A DNA stretch of 64,000 nucleotides from the IMG/VR virus record IMGVR_UViG_3300031250_000001. The stretch is one strand, 5' to 3'. Numbering within the stretch: the first letter of the stretch is position 1; each line of letters opens with the position of its first letter. Source of the stretch: an uncultured virus (IMG/VR IMGVR_UViG_3300031250_000001) (lineage: Duplodnaviria; Heunggongvirae; Uroviricota; Caudoviricetes). Below the pieces are notes generated by a model. The model saw nothing but the letters and a program-made list of their open reading frames with translations, was not told where the DNA came from and did no database searches. Both the position numbers and the translations under genes were made by a program. Shown one piece after another: positions 17,425-27,258 of this stretch.

Positions 17425-18157
17425 GACGGTCAACGGATACCGGCGCGACATGGCGGCGATTTGCAACTACGGCGTCAACCTCGGCGTGCTGCCGTTCAGT
17501 CCAGTGCGTGGCATCCCGCGCGTTCCCGACCACGGCAACAAGCGCAAGCCGGTTCCGACCGCCGCGTTGAAATCGCTGATCCTCGCCGCGGACCCTGATC
17601 TGCGCGCTCGCCTATTGTTCTGCGCCTACACCGGCTGTCGCTGGATTGAGATGGCGCGGCTCACCTGGCCCGAGGTCCTCTTGGGCGACTTGCCGGTTGC
17701 GCTGCTGACCACGCGCAAGCGCCGCGGCGGGCACGTCGGCAAGCGCTCACAACCGCTCACACCGGCCGCCGTTGAGGCGATTGAGTCGATGCGGGGCAAA
17801 CATCACCTGTACGTCTTCCCGCGCGCCTACAACCGCGGACAGGCGATCTACGGCACCGACAAGCTGCATCTTGACCAGCTCTGCACACGGGTCGGCGTCG
17901 GCCGCTGGAGCTGGCATCAAATTCGCCATTGGGTGGGCATGACGGCGGCGCGCGCCGGCAAGAATCGCCGCGCCATCGCCGACCTGCTTGGCCAGCAATC
18001 CGTGAGCGCGACGGACCGCTACATCCACGCCGCCTCGGAAGAGGTCTGGCAGATGGCCGGCGGCCTGGTCGACGCACTCAATCTCGAGCCCAGGGCCCCG
18101 ACCGGAAAGGGTGTGCGCGAGGATGGGTGTGCATCTGAAAACCTGGGGTCGAAATGA
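17075..18157 (+). CDS. int: tyrosine recombinase/integrase
   Basis: TGCR, TRK, HQIRH, LLGQ, T.RY motifs; arm-binding-like N-terminus. Confidence 0.9.
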   Translation: MGVYQDTRTNLWRYDFRRGGRRWTKKGFGSAAKARKAEHDRRHELDQGLTDSFSTFQALADAWLDAGAMTKQAKYLTEVRYRLNRVWSHLSMLPPRQVTRAHIEPVLVRLAKTKMPETVNGYRRDMAAICNYGVNLGVLPFSPVRGIPRVPDHGNKRKPVPTAALKSLILAADPDLRARLLFCAYTGCRWIEMARLTWPEVLLGDLPVALLTTRKRRGGHVGKRSQPLTPAAVEAIESMRGKHHLYVFPRAYNRGQAIYGTDKLHLDQLCTRVGVGRWSWHQIRHWVGMTAARAGKNRRAIADLLGQQSVSATDRYIHAASEEVWQMAGGLVDALNLEPRAPTGKGVREDGCASENLGSK

Positions 18158-18861
18158 ACGTACCTGACCTGAAAATGCCTATCTTTTCGCGGGTTGATGG
18201 CTTCTGGCATGGTCCGACGGATGCCGAAGTAGCGTGTGGAGAACGCGCTGATTCCGTAAGCCCGCCCTCACGCTTCGGCGATCGAGGATGCGCGCCGGGA
18301 TGTGACTTGCCGGCAAAACCGCCGGCGGATTGGCCGGTTGCCGTCTATCCGGCGAAGGCGACCGCCTTCCGTCGCGACCAGAACGGCAACCCGTGCGTCC
18401 GGCTGTATGGGCGCTGGCGGAAGCTCAGCGCCCCGGCCGTCTGCGCGATGTGCCGGCGGACCTACTTCTACGCGTTCGGCAAGCAGGCGGGCGTCGCGTG
18501 TAGCAAGCGATGCGCTGCTGCCTTCACCTCAGAGCGCAACGCCGCGTCGGTCGGCTCTGCGAATCCGCACTGGAAGGGCGGTGTCAGCACCGATCGCATG
18601 CGCTACCGCCGCCGGCAGGCGGAGAAGAACCCCGAGAAGGAACGCGCCCGCCGCCTCACGCGAGCAGCGATCCTGTCGGGCAGGTTGGTTCAGAAGCCGT
18701 GCGAGAAGTGCGGCGAGCCGAAGACGCAGGCGCATCACGACGATTATAGCCAGCCGCTGAAGGTTCGCTGGTTGTGCGTAATTCACCATCGCCAGCATCA
18801 CGGCGGGCACGCCACCGGCCGCGTTGAGCGCCCCGCCCACCTCCCCGGCGAGGCCGCGTGA
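18154..18861 (+). CDS. HNH-like endonuclease domain protein
   Basis: NPHWKGG and CEKCG...AHHDDYSQPL.V.WLC..HH. Confidence 0.7.
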   Translation: MNVPDLKMPIFSRVDGFWHGPTDAEVACGERADSVSPPSRFGDRGCAPGCDLPAKPPADWPVAVYPAKATAFRRDQNGNPCVRLYGRWRKLSAPAVCAMCRRTYFYAFGKQAGVACSKRCAAAFTSERNAASVGSANPHWKGGVSTDRMRYRRRQAEKNPEKERARRLTRAAILSGRLVQKPCEKCGEPKTQAHHDDYSQPLKVRWLCVIHHRQHHGGHATGRVERPAHLPGEAA

Positions 18862-18916
18862 TGCGCGCGCCGGACCTGTTCAGCGCCGCGGCAGCTCGGC
18901 GGGAGGGCCGCGCCGC

Positions 18917-19246
18917 ATGACCCTCGTCGACCTCGAATCCCCCTTCGTCGGCGACGTGGAAGCGATTCTCACCTACGCCCGCCGCTGCATGGCGGACAGC
19001 CTCGCCCGCGGCGAAGCGCCGATCGCCTCGCATCTGCTCTACACGCAGCCGGGCATTCTCGACGACGCGGTACCGGCTGAGCGCCAGCAGGGCATCGCCG
19101 CCGGCAAGGCATGGGCCGCGCACGCGGACCTGACGGCGGTCTACTGCGACCGCGGGATCAGCGACGGGATGCGCGTTGGGATTGCGGATGCGGAGCGCGC
19201 TGGGCGGCGGGTTGAGTATCGCTGGCTTGATCGGAGCGCCGCATGA
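18917..19246 (+). CDS. nucleoside 2-deoxyribosyltransferase-like small phage protein
   Basis: ESPF.GD...YARRC..DSL.RGEAP.ASHLLYTQ, D.GIS.GM motifs. Confidence 0.7.
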   Translation: MTLVDLESPFVGDVEAILTYARRCMADSLARGEAPIASHLLYTQPGILDDAVPAERQQGIAAGKAWAAHADLTAVYCDRGISDGMRVGIADAERAGRRVEYRWLDRSAA

Positions 19247-19479
19247 CCCGCCCACCCGAACAATCCCTCGCCGCTCGGGTGGGCGTGTGCCCGGCGCCCA
19301 TGACCGAGGCGAACAACAACTTTCAACCCGACACCTGGGCAACGCTCGAAGAGATCGGCGCGGTGCTGGGCATCTCGAATCAGCGCGCGGACCAGATCAT
19401 TCGCGCCACGGCGCGCAAGCTGTGGCGGGGGAGTCCGGTGGTGCGGCGGGAGAAGTCGCGGAGGACAGGCGCCGTGTAG
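19243..19479 (+). CDS. sigma-70 region 4-like HTH protein
   Basis: TLEEIGAVLGISNQRADQI. Confidence 0.6.
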   Translation: MTRPPEQSLAARVGVCPAPMTEANNNFQPDTWATLEEIGAVLGISNQRADQIIRATARKLWRGSPVVRREKSRRTGAV

Positions 19480-19496
19480 CGCGCCACCCTATTCGC

Positions 19497-19526
19497 ACAA
19501 AAGGCCGGGGCGCTAACCCCGGCCTT
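19497..19526 (-). terminator. GC-rich hairpin, possible minus-strand terminator
   Basis: AAGGCCGGGG-CGCTAA-CCCCGGCCTT perfect 10-bp stem, short T run on minus strand. Confidence 0.4.
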
Positions 19527-19664
19527 CGAGTGCTGAACCCGCTGCGCGAACACGCAGCAGAAAGACGAAGTGACATGACAAGTCTACACGAAGAAGAGGG
19601 GTCCGCAAGTACCCAAGTACGCGAATCCCTCAGGCGGCTGGATGGCGGCGGTGAGGAGCGGCGG

Positions 19665-19892
19665 ATGGCGGATGTCGTGGTGGAGCAAGGCGTCAAGCGG
19701 CGGTGCGGGCTGTGTCGAGCCTACCGCGCCGCCACGGGCGAGTGCCGGCGGAACGCGCCGACGCCCCTCATGGCCTGGGTCGAGACCGACGAAGGCGAGC
19801 CGACCTGGAAGCTCGGCAGCTTCTGGCCCCTCCCGCCCCTCGGCCCCTCCGACGAGTGCGACGCCTTCGTGGCGAGGGAGGAATTGCGATGA
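19665..19892 (+). CDS. small Cys-containing phage protein
   Basis: C..C......GECRRNAP...WP....D.C; GAGGAG RBS. Confidence 0.65.
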   Translation: MADVVVEQGVKRRCGLCRAYRAATGECRRNAPTPLMAWVETDEGEPTWKLGSFWPLPPLGPSDECDAFVAREELR

Positions 19893-20140
19893 GCACTCCA
19901 GTCAAGGTTTCCGCCCGCGTGCAGCTCACCGTCGAGATCGATGTCTCGGACACGTGGGGCGGCAACTGCGCGATGGATCAAGTTTACGATCAGGCCGTTG
20001 AGGCCGCGCGCAGCGCACTCGCCCACGGCATAAAGATCGACGGCCGCTACAGGAGCGACGCGATCCCATCCAAGCTTCGCTCCGCCCGCACTATCGGCGA
20101 GCCGAAGGTGTCCGCCGTCATCGTCGAGGAAACTCGATGA
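19889..20140 (+). CDS. hypothetical protein
   Basis: GGAGG RBS, ATGA coupling. Confidence 0.6.
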   Translation: MSTPVKVSARVQLTVEIDVSDTWGGNCAMDQVYDQAVEAARSALAHGIKIDGRYRSDAIPSKLRSARTIGEPKVSAVIVEETR

Positions 20141-20179
20141 CGCCCCGCCCGTTTCTCACCGAGGCGAAGGAGAACAACC

Positions 20180-20527
20180 ATGGCTGAGTTCGACGAAGCC
20201 GTGGCGCTCGCCAACCGCGTCTTGGGTAGACCGGGCGGTGATCCCGACGACGATCTCGCGGTGCTCGCGCGGCAATTCTTGCGGGCTGTTGAGCGTGCTG
20301 GTCCGCAGGCCGAGTCGAAGATTGGACCGTGCCGGACTTGTAACGGCTCTGGGTTGGTCGACCGCAAGCAGGACGGGAACCGCATGTCGGCGCGTCTGTG
20401 TCCGACGTGTAGGCCTATCGAGTCACCCCAGCCGACGCGGGAGGCGCTGGTCGCGGAGGTGGAGCGGCTGCGCAAAGCCCTACAAAGTATCGCGAGCCCG
20501 GTCATGCGTCGTCGGAGCGAGTCGTGA
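20180..20527 (+). CDS. hypothetical protein with Zn ribbon
   Basis: AAGGAG RBS; CRTCNGSG...CPTC. Confidence 0.6.
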   Translation: MAEFDEAVALANRVLGRPGGDPDDDLAVLARQFLRAVERAGPQAESKIGPCRTCNGSGLVDRKQDGNRMSARLCPTCRPIESPQPTREALVAEVERLRKALQSIASPVMRRRSES

Positions 20528-20567
20528 GCCGGGGCGTGCTGGTGGGGGCGGGACGGAGGAGGGCGGC

Positions 20568-20912
20568 GTGAGAACCTCCAGCCTAGAGACGCAATTCGAC
20601 TTCCTGTGGCTGCGCCTGCGCCCCAAAGAGCTGCCACTGCCCGTGGCGGAGTATCGGTTCGCCCCGCCACGGCGCTGGCGATTTGACCGGGCATTCGTCG
20701 AGCTGAAGGTCGGCATCGAGCTCGAAGGTGGCGTGTACGTGCGCGGACGTCACCAGCGGCCGGAAGGGTTCAAGGCCGACGTCGAGAAGTACAACGCCGC
20801 GGCGCTCGCGGGCTGGCTCGTGCTGCGCTTCACGGCGGACGACTTGAAGCAGGAGCCGGACCGGGTTGTGGCGCAGGTGGTCGCGGCGATTGGGATGCGG
20901 AGGGCGGCGTAG
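20568..20912 (+). CDS. Vsr/DUF559-like endonuclease (possible resolvase)
   Basis: EYRF...RRWRFD.A....VGIELEGG....GRH, D.EKYN.A...GW.VLRF. Confidence 0.8.
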   Translation: MRTSSLETQFDFLWLRLRPKELPLPVAEYRFAPPRRWRFDRAFVELKVGIELEGGVYVRGRHQRPEGFKADVEKYNAAALAGWLVLRFTADDLKQEPDRVVAQVVAAIGMRRAA

Positions 20913-21554
20913 ATGCTGTTCGCAGACCGAAACGGCGAACGCGTCCGCGCAACACTGAGCGGAGACCGCGGCACCTGCCTAAGCTGCGGTGCCGACATGA
21001 TCGCCAAGTGCGGGGCGCTCGTGGTCTGGCATTGGGCGCATGCGAGCACCGCCGAGTGCGATACCTGGGCGGAAGAATCTGCGTGGCACCTACGCTGGAA
21101 ACTCGCGCTTGAAGCACGCGGCGCACAGATCGAAGTGCCGATGGGACCGCATCGCGCTGATGCAGTTCTACCCGACGGCCGCATCGTTGAGCTGCAACAT
21201 TCGCAGCTAAGCCCCGGCGCCATCGCCGAGCGCGAGGCGTTCTATGGCGAGCAGCTGGTGTGGCTGTGGGACGCGGAGCGGTGGATGGATCGGCTCCACT
21301 TCGGCCGGCACGGCTTCTGGTGGAAGCGCGGATCACCGGCGATGGCACGCAGTCGGCGGCCGGTCTGGTGGGACACGGGCGACGAGTTGTGGCGCGTCTC
21401 GATTGACCACATCGAGCGGAAGGAGTCGGGCTACGGATTTGCGCTCGATGCGCAGGGGGAGCCGACCGGAACTCCACACGTGCGCGAATTCGTCGTTGGG
21501 CGGCGCGTTGTCGGGAAAATCCTCGAACGTCGAGCGCCGGCGGTGTGGCCATGA
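20913..21554 (+). CDS. CoiA-like nuclease
   Basis: C..C...IAKCG....WHWAH, ESAWH..WK, HRADA, VELQHS.LS...I..RE.FY. Confidence 0.8.
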   Translation: MLFADRNGERVRATLSGDRGTCLSCGADMIAKCGALVVWHWAHASTAECDTWAEESAWHLRWKLALEARGAQIEVPMGPHRADAVLPDGRIVELQHSQLSPGAIAEREAFYGEQLVWLWDAERWMDRLHFGRHGFWWKRGSPAMARSRRPVWWDTGDELWRVSIDHIERKESGYGFALDAQGEPTGTPHVREFVVGRRVVGKILERRAPAVWP

Positions 21555-21681
21555 GCTGGCACCGCTTCTGGCTCGAGATCGACGCCGCGTGTCGGGCGGC
21601 GCGGGTACACAATGCAATTGCCGCGTTCAAGCCGAAGGAGAATTGGCGACGGAAGCGGAAGTTGTACGGGGAGGATGTGGC

Positions 21682-22005
21682 GTGAGCGATACGAACAAAT
21701 GGGGGCAATATTATTGGTGCATTAAGGTTCCCACGGGCCTCTCATTGACCGACGAGATATACGTGTGCGCCGATCGCCTTGAAGTCCTCGAAGATGGCTC
21801 ACTGATATGTTGGGGTAAGCAATCTGGCGGAGATCCACTCATCACACTTGGCCTCGCCGCGACGAAATGGAATTCGTTTTATGCGGCAAGCTGCATAGAC
21901 GGCTCGCCCGTGTCGGTCGAGCATTGGGTTGGTGAAGTGGCCAGGACCTCAGGGGACGCCGAACTAGCCCGTACACTCAAGGCTAAGACCTCGGGCAGAA
22001 AATAG
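21682..22005 (+). CDS. hypothetical protein
   Basis: GGAGG RBS, lower-GC ORF. Confidence 0.55.
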   Translation: MSDTNKWGQYYWCIKVPTGLSLTDEIYVCADRLEVLEDGSLICWGKQSGGDPLITLGLAATKWNSFYAASCIDGSPVSVEHWVGEVARTSGDAELARTLKAKTSGRK

Positions 22006-22006
22006 G

Positions 22007-22567
22007 ATGCACGCCGCACGCATTGCGCTGCCGGCCCGCCCCGCGCGTTCGCGGCACGATGGGTCGCTATATCGGCGCGGTGCACTCTGGTGGATGAAGC
22101 TCTATCGAGATGGGGTCATCATTCGAGAGTCGACCGGAACAGACGACATAGATCTGGCACGTAAGATGTTAGTAAAGCGCGCGCGAGAGACCCGCCTGCG
22201 CCTTGTGGCTGAATCATATGGAGGGGCAATGGTTAAATATTATCGCGAAACGATACAGGGGCGCACGGAAGTGTGTGTTGAGACCGATGCAGCCGATGAA
22301 CGCGAATTCCTAACGTCCGTTGCAACAAGTTTGCCGTCCGTCCTAGTCGATGCCGGGGGCGACAGTGAAGTGCGCGACTGGCTGCGCCGCGTCGTGGATG
22401 TGTGTTGCAAGATGCGCGGCTACAAGGCTGATGTCCTTGAGCGGCGCGTCATTCAGGCCGGAGCGCTAGCTCCGTCAGAATCGGCCCGCATTGCTGGCTC
22501 AAATCGCGATCTCGACAGCACGGACAATACCGATCCCCCGCTAGCTGAAGAGCGGTCAGCACTGTAG
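22007..22567 (+). CDS. hypothetical protein with integrase arm-binding-like N-terminus; possible internal start at 22229
   Basis: GSLYRRG..WW.K.YRDG...RESTGTDD; GGAGGGG RBS before in-frame ATG 22229. Confidence 0.5.
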   Translation: MHAARIALPARPARSRHDGSLYRRGALWWMKLYRDGVIIRESTGTDDIDLARKMLVKRARETRLRLVAESYGGAMVKYYRETIQGRTEVCVETDAADEREFLTSVATSLPSVLVDAGGDSEVRDWLRRVVDVCCKMRGYKADVLERRVIQAGALAPSESARIAGSNRDLDSTDNTDPPLAEERSAL

Positions 22568-22571
22568 CCGC

Positions 22572-23141
22572 ATGACCCCGCGCCTCAACCTGCCCGCCCT
22601 GCGCGACCGCCTCACGATCGCCACGGTGCTCCGCGCCCACGGCCTCGAGCCCAAGCACGGCCGCATGCCGTGTCCGCTCCATCGCGGCGAGAATCCGCAG
22701 GCGTTCTCGATCGCGTCATCCGGCAAGTTCGCGCGCTGCTGGGCGTGTGAGTTTGCCGGCGATGGGATCAGTCTGCAGCAGCAACTGACCGGCGCGGACT
22801 TCCTGACGGCAGCGAGCGCCTGTGCGGCGATGGTGGGCATCGGGCCGGCGCCGAAGCTGCATCGCGAAACGCTCAGACGACTCCAGGCCGAGCGCGAGGC
22901 GGCGGCGCTCAGGGCTGAGCAGCAACACAACGCCGACCGTGCGCTGTTCGATGACCTGGCCAAGCGGCAGGTCGCAATCGAACACGACATGGACGCTCTC
23001 GGCGCGACCATGAAGCGCGCCCGGCGCGAGGGCTGGACCGACATCGAAGACGACGCGTGGACGCTCCTGGGCGAGCTGACCATGCGTCGAGACGTGGTGG
23101 ATGAGGCGGTGGATCAATGGCGAGTCTGGATGAGCCGGTAA
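22572..23141 (+). CDS. CHC2 zinc-finger (primase ZBD-like) protein
   Basis: CPLHRGENP..F....RCWAC...GDGI.L. Confidence 0.8.
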   Translation: MTPRLNLPALRDRLTIATVLRAHGLEPKHGRMPCPLHRGENPQAFSIASSGKFARCWACEFAGDGISLQQQLTGADFLTAASACAAMVGIGPAPKLHRETLRRLQAEREAAALRAEQQHNADRALFDDLAKRQVAIEHDMDALGATMKRARREGWTDIEDDAWTLLGELTMRRDVVDEAVDQWRVWMSR

Positions 23142-24364
23142 ACGGGCACACAAACGGCGTCGCCGCTTTGGCCACGCTGCCCGACCTACCGGAGGAAGCC
23201 TGGGCGCCGCCGCTCGACCGCTACCGGGACTTGGTCTGTCGCGACTCTGAGGCGCCCGAAGCCTACCACTGGGCGTCGGCGGTGGTGCTAATCGGGCAGC
23301 TCTTCGGGCGGCGGGTATGCCAATACTACGCCGGCGACATCTTCCTGAACTTTCAGTTTGTCCTGATCGGTGCCACGGGCATCAAGAAGTCGACGCCGAT
23401 CAACCTTGCACCGCGGCTCTTTCGCGAAATCTGCGACCGCGAAGGGGTTGGCACGCTCTGGGGCGTGTCGACCGGCGAGGGGCTACTCAGCAAATTCGCC
23501 GAGAACGAGGACACGCGGCTTGTCGTCTGCCTAAACGAACTGCGGGCGCTCTTTGTCCGGGCCAAGCGCGACGGCAATCAGCAACTGGGGTCGATCCTGA
23601 TCGAGCTGATGGACGCCGGCGACAAGGTCGACAACCCGACCAAGTCCAACCCGATTACGGCGGTGCGGCCGTTCATGTCGCTGCTGTCGGCCGCCACACC
23701 TGAGAGCCTGGAGGACGCGATCAACGACAACGACGTCTATGGCGGGCTCCTAAACCGCATCCTACCCATCGGTGGCGTGCCTGGTGGCGCGCAGCCGTTT
23801 CCCGAGAAGCCCGACAGTATCGCGGTCAATGCCCTAGTCGGCGTCATCGACGACCTCGTGACGCGCTACGGGGGCCCGACGGAGATCCGGCTGGAGAAGA
23901 ACAGTGACGCCGGCGAGCTGTGGGCAAGCTGGTATCAGCGCTATTACGAGCGGCAGACTGGCGGCGCGCAGCAAGACGGCCTGACGGCACTCAGCCAACG
24001 CCAACACACGCACGTGCGGCGTCTGGCGCTGCTTTTCGCCGCACTCCGGGGCGCCACTAGGATCGACGTGGAGGACCTCCAGCGCGCGCTGACGCTGGTG
24101 CTGACCTACTTCCATCCGATTCTCGAGCGCGTCCTGCAGCCGATCACGGTCGATGCGCATAGGCGGTTGGATGTGAAGATCGAGCGGATCTTGCGGGAGA
24201 AGCCGATGACGAAACGGCGGCTCCACCAGAAGCTGTCCGGGCGCATTAAGGGCGGCGACTTTCAGCGCGCGCTGTCCATCTTGATCGACCTACAGAGCGT
24301 GGTCGAAGTGACCGACGGAATGGGCGGCAAGGTGATGCTCAAATGGTCGGACTCCGATGACTGA
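23117..24364 (+). CDS. DUF3987-like replication ATPase/helicase
   Basis: LIGATGIKKST Walker-A-like, STGEGLL, GLLNR motifs; follows CHC2 gene. Confidence 0.75.
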   Translation: MASLDEPVNGHTNGVAALATLPDLPEEAWAPPLDRYRDLVCRDSEAPEAYHWASAVVLIGQLFGRRVCQYYAGDIFLNFQFVLIGATGIKKSTPINLAPRLFREICDREGVGTLWGVSTGEGLLSKFAENEDTRLVVCLNELRALFVRAKRDGNQQLGSILIELMDAGDKVDNPTKSNPITAVRPFMSLLSAATPESLEDAINDNDVYGGLLNRILPIGGVPGGAQPFPEKPDSIAVNALVGVIDDLVTRYGGPTEIRLEKNSDAGELWASWYQRYYERQTGGAQQDGLTALSQRQHTHVRRLALLFAALRGATRIDVEDLQRALTLVLTYFHPILERVLQPITVDAHRRLDVKIERILREKPMTKRRLHQKLSGRIKGGDFQRALSILIDLQSVVEVTDGMGGKVMLKWSDSDD

Positions 24365-24369
24365 TTTCA

Positions 24370-24650
24370 CCCCGTCAACAATGGCGTCAACGGGGCGTCA
24401 ACACGTGTTCAACTTGTTGACGGTGGTGACGCGAGTTGACGCGGGTTGTGTCAACCGAATTTCCACAATCCGGAATCCGGAATTTCCCTTTATATATATA
24501 CACATACACACTCTCACACACACATAAGGGAGAGAAAGGTTGACGTGTTGACATGGGGGTAGGCACCAATAGCGATTTAGGGGAAGAATTGGCGATTCTG
24601 GCCCTTTTCTCTCTCCCTAGGGGCGACAACCGCCAACACGTCAACTCGGC
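24370..24650. repeat. putative replication origin: GTCAAC iterons flanking an AT-rich core
   Basis: GTCAAC/GTTGAC at 24374, 24386, 24397, 24416, 24435, 24450, 24539, 24547, 24640; TTTATATATATA/CA run at ~24481-24527. Confidence 0.65.
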
Positions 24651-24859
24651 GGTCCCCGAGCCGCCGACGGAGCCTGCGGTTGAGACACCTCCGCCACTAT
24701 CAATCGGGCGCAGCTTGACTGCCGACTTGCCCGCCACCTTCCCCGGCATCGCCGTCGCCCTCGACTACCGCCGCACCACCACCACCCCCGGCGGCATGGG
24801 GGCGTGGCGCTGCATGACGGACGAGGAACCGCCGGCGCTGCACGAGCAGGAGGAAACGC

Positions 24860-25246
24860 ATGGCGAGTGAACGACTGCCGTTTTTCACCGATCCGAACGA
24901 TTATCACGACGCGCGACACCACCTGCGCAGTGCATACTGGACCAGTGAGCAGCGCCTGGCGGCCGCCGTCCTTGCGACCGCCGTCGACGACCTAACGCGC
25001 TGGACCACCAACGGTCAGACGCTTGAGTCGATGCGCGAGCTGCCCCGGCTGCAGGTGTGGATCTGGAGCCGTGAGGCGACCACGCCATTCGGCTCACTCG
25101 GCGCGGTCTGCGTGCTCCTCGGGCTAGACCTCGGATATGTGCGTAGGCGGTTAGCGGAGGCGCAGGGAACGGCTGAGATTGCGCGCGGGGCGATGGACCC
25201 TGGAGTAGGGACGCCGGAGGTGCTGCGTGCAGCAGCGGGGCTCTGA
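24860..25246 (+). CDS. hypothetical protein
   Basis: AGGAGG RBS; EQRL..AVL..AV.D...VC..LGLD. Confidence 0.65.
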   Translation: MASERLPFFTDPNDYHDARHHLRSAYWTSEQRLAAAVLATAVDDLTRWTTNGQTLESMRELPRLQVWIWSREATTPFGSLGAVCVLLGLDLGYVRRRLAEAQGTAEIARGAMDPGVGTPEVLRAAAGL

Positions 25247-25531
25247 GCGCGTTGTGGGGGCCATGACGTCACCCGACGCCGCCCCCCATGACCCGGCTAT
25301 CGAACACACCACCGGCGCTCGCCGGGCGATCCAGCGCAACGATCTAGGCGCGCTGATTCGACACGTGATCGGCTGGCTGCACGCGATTACGAGTGAGGGA
25401 ACGACGACCCGCGCACCTTAGCACTTAACCGACGCCGTGGAGTGTGCTACACGGCGCGCAGACGGTTGCCGCCAACCGGGCCACGATTCGATCGTCGCCC
25501 GACCGTGCCGCAGCGAACTCTCGGAGGTTCG

Positions 25532-25909
25532 ATGCGGCAACTCGGCAATATCTTCCTGGCCCTGGCGCTCTGTGCGCTGGCCGCTCTCATTTCCCCTGCC
25601 GGTGCTGAGTCCTCAGCGCCGCCGCAGACGGTCGCCGCCGCTTCCCCCGATGCGGCGGCGACCGTCCCCCCCACGGCTGAGCCGAGCCCGACGGCCACCG
25701 CCGTCCTGATCGCCGGCGAGACGCTGCAGGCGCAGCTTGCGGGCTACGAGCAGCAGCTCGGCAAGCTCGGCCAGCAGCAGGCGCAGCTCGAGAAGCAGCG
25801 CGATCAGGTGAAGGCGCAGCTTGAGGCGGTCGACAAACAGCTCCTGCTTCTGCGCGGCGCACGCATCGGGGCGCGGATTGCGCTGGGGCTTGGGGACGAC
25901 GGGCGATGA
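25532..25909 (+). CDS. secreted coiled-coil protein
   Basis: GGAGG RBS; signal peptide ending AGA; P/T linker; Gln/Leu heptads. Confidence 0.75.
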   Translation: MRQLGNIFLALALCALAALISPAGAESSAPPQTVAAASPDAAATVPPTAEPSPTATAVLIAGETLQAQLAGYEQQLGKLGQQQAQLEKQRDQVKAQLEAVDKQLLLLRGARIGARIALGLGDDGR

Positions 25910-27258
25910 AGCGCGTCGCCGCGGCAACAGAAACCCTCGGCCTTGGAGACTTCGGGCCGGTGCGCCCCCGTGGACTGGCGGGGTTTGGCCTCGCGCTGCT
26001 CTGCCTGCTCGCCTGCCCGCTGGGGGCGCGCGCGCAAACCTCCGCCGTCGTCATCGGCTGGGCGGACGGGTGTGTCGCGCAGACCGGCCGCGATGCGGCA
26101 ATCCAGCCCTGGCAAATCGTCGCCAACGCCGGCGCGCTGCTGTTCACGCAGCCGGGCAAGTATTCGGTCTGCCGCTGGCAGCTCCACGGCGAGCTGACGC
26201 GGTACGCCGGCAACTCAAAGCAGGCCACCACGCCAGGACAAGGCGACGGCGGCATGGCACCCGACGCCTTGCTGTTCGGCCCGATCGGCATCGAGACGCA
26301 GGCGACCGATACCTACATCTCCGACGTCAACACGATCCGCGTCGTGCAAGACGGCGGCACGATCACCACCGCCGTCAACACGGGCCTCTACAACCCATAC
26401 GGCATGGCGAAAAGCCGCGACGGTTCCCGGCTCTACGTCGCCGACCAGCAGCACCAGCAGCTCGTGAGCTACGCGCTGCCCTGCTACGGCGCCGCCACCT
26501 GTGGGCCTCGTGTGGTGGTCGCAGGGACCGGGATGCAGGGATCGGCCGGGGACGGGGGTTCGGCGCTGTCGGCCCAGCTGTTCAACCCGGACGACGTCGC
26601 AGTCTGTCCCGACGGCGCGATCTACATCGCGACCGAAGACAACCGCATCCGCCGGATCGATCCGGTCACCGGCAAGATCAGCACCTATGCCGGTGGTGGC
26701 GCGCCCGCATCGGGCATCGGCGACGGCGGCCCGGCGACCTCCGCCAAGCTGAATTACTCGCCCGGCATCGCCTGCGACGATCACGGAAACCTCTTCATCG
26801 CCGACCAGAAGAACAACCGCGCGCGCCGCGTCGACGCGGTCACCAAGATCATCACCACCGTGGCGGGCGACGGGACCACCGGGACCGCCAAGCACGTCGA
26901 GACGGGCAATGCGACGACGCAGCCGTGCGGGGGACCGACCGATGTGACGGTCGATGGCGACCTGCTGTTCGTCGCCTGCAGCCAGCCGCCCAACGCGATG
27001 ATCCTCGAGGTGCAGATGGGCGCGGCGCCGCCGACGGCGACGATGGTGGCCGCGACCTCGACCATTCCCCCGACCAACAGCCCCGCGCCCGCGCTGACCG
27101 CGACACGGACGTTCGCCTCGACCAACACGCCGGCGCCGACATCCACGCGGACGTTGCCGCCGACGATGACGGCAAGTGCCACGGTAACCGCAACGGCCAC
27201 TGCGACGCGCACCATCCGGAAATGCGGAACGGGCGAGACGCCGGAGTGCGTGCTGTGA
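25906..27258 (+). CDS. secreted NHL-repeat beta-propeller with Thr/Pro tail
   Basis: Signal peptide (..LGARA/Q); GDGG.A..A.L..P.GIA NHL repeats. Confidence 0.85.
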   Translation: MKRVAAATETLGLGDFGPVRPRGLAGFGLALLCLLACPLGARAQTSAVVIGWADGCVAQTGRDAAIQPWQIVANAGALLFTQPGKYSVCRWQLHGELTRYAGNSKQATTPGQGDGGMAPDALLFGPIGIETQATDTYISDVNTIRVVQDGGTITTAVNTGLYNPYGMAKSRDGSRLYVADQQHQQLVSYALPCYGAATCGPRVVVAGTGMQGSAGDGGSALSAQLFNPDDVAVCPDGAIYIATEDNRIRRIDPVTGKISTYAGGGAPASGIGDGGPATSAKLNYSPGIACDDHGNLFIADQKNNRARRVDAVTKIITTVAGDGTTGTAKHVETGNATTQPCGGPTDVTVDGDLLFVACSQPPNAMILEVQMGAAPPTATMVAATSTIPPTNSPAPALTATRTFASTNTPAPTSTRTLPPTMTASATVTATATATRTIRKCGTGETPECVL

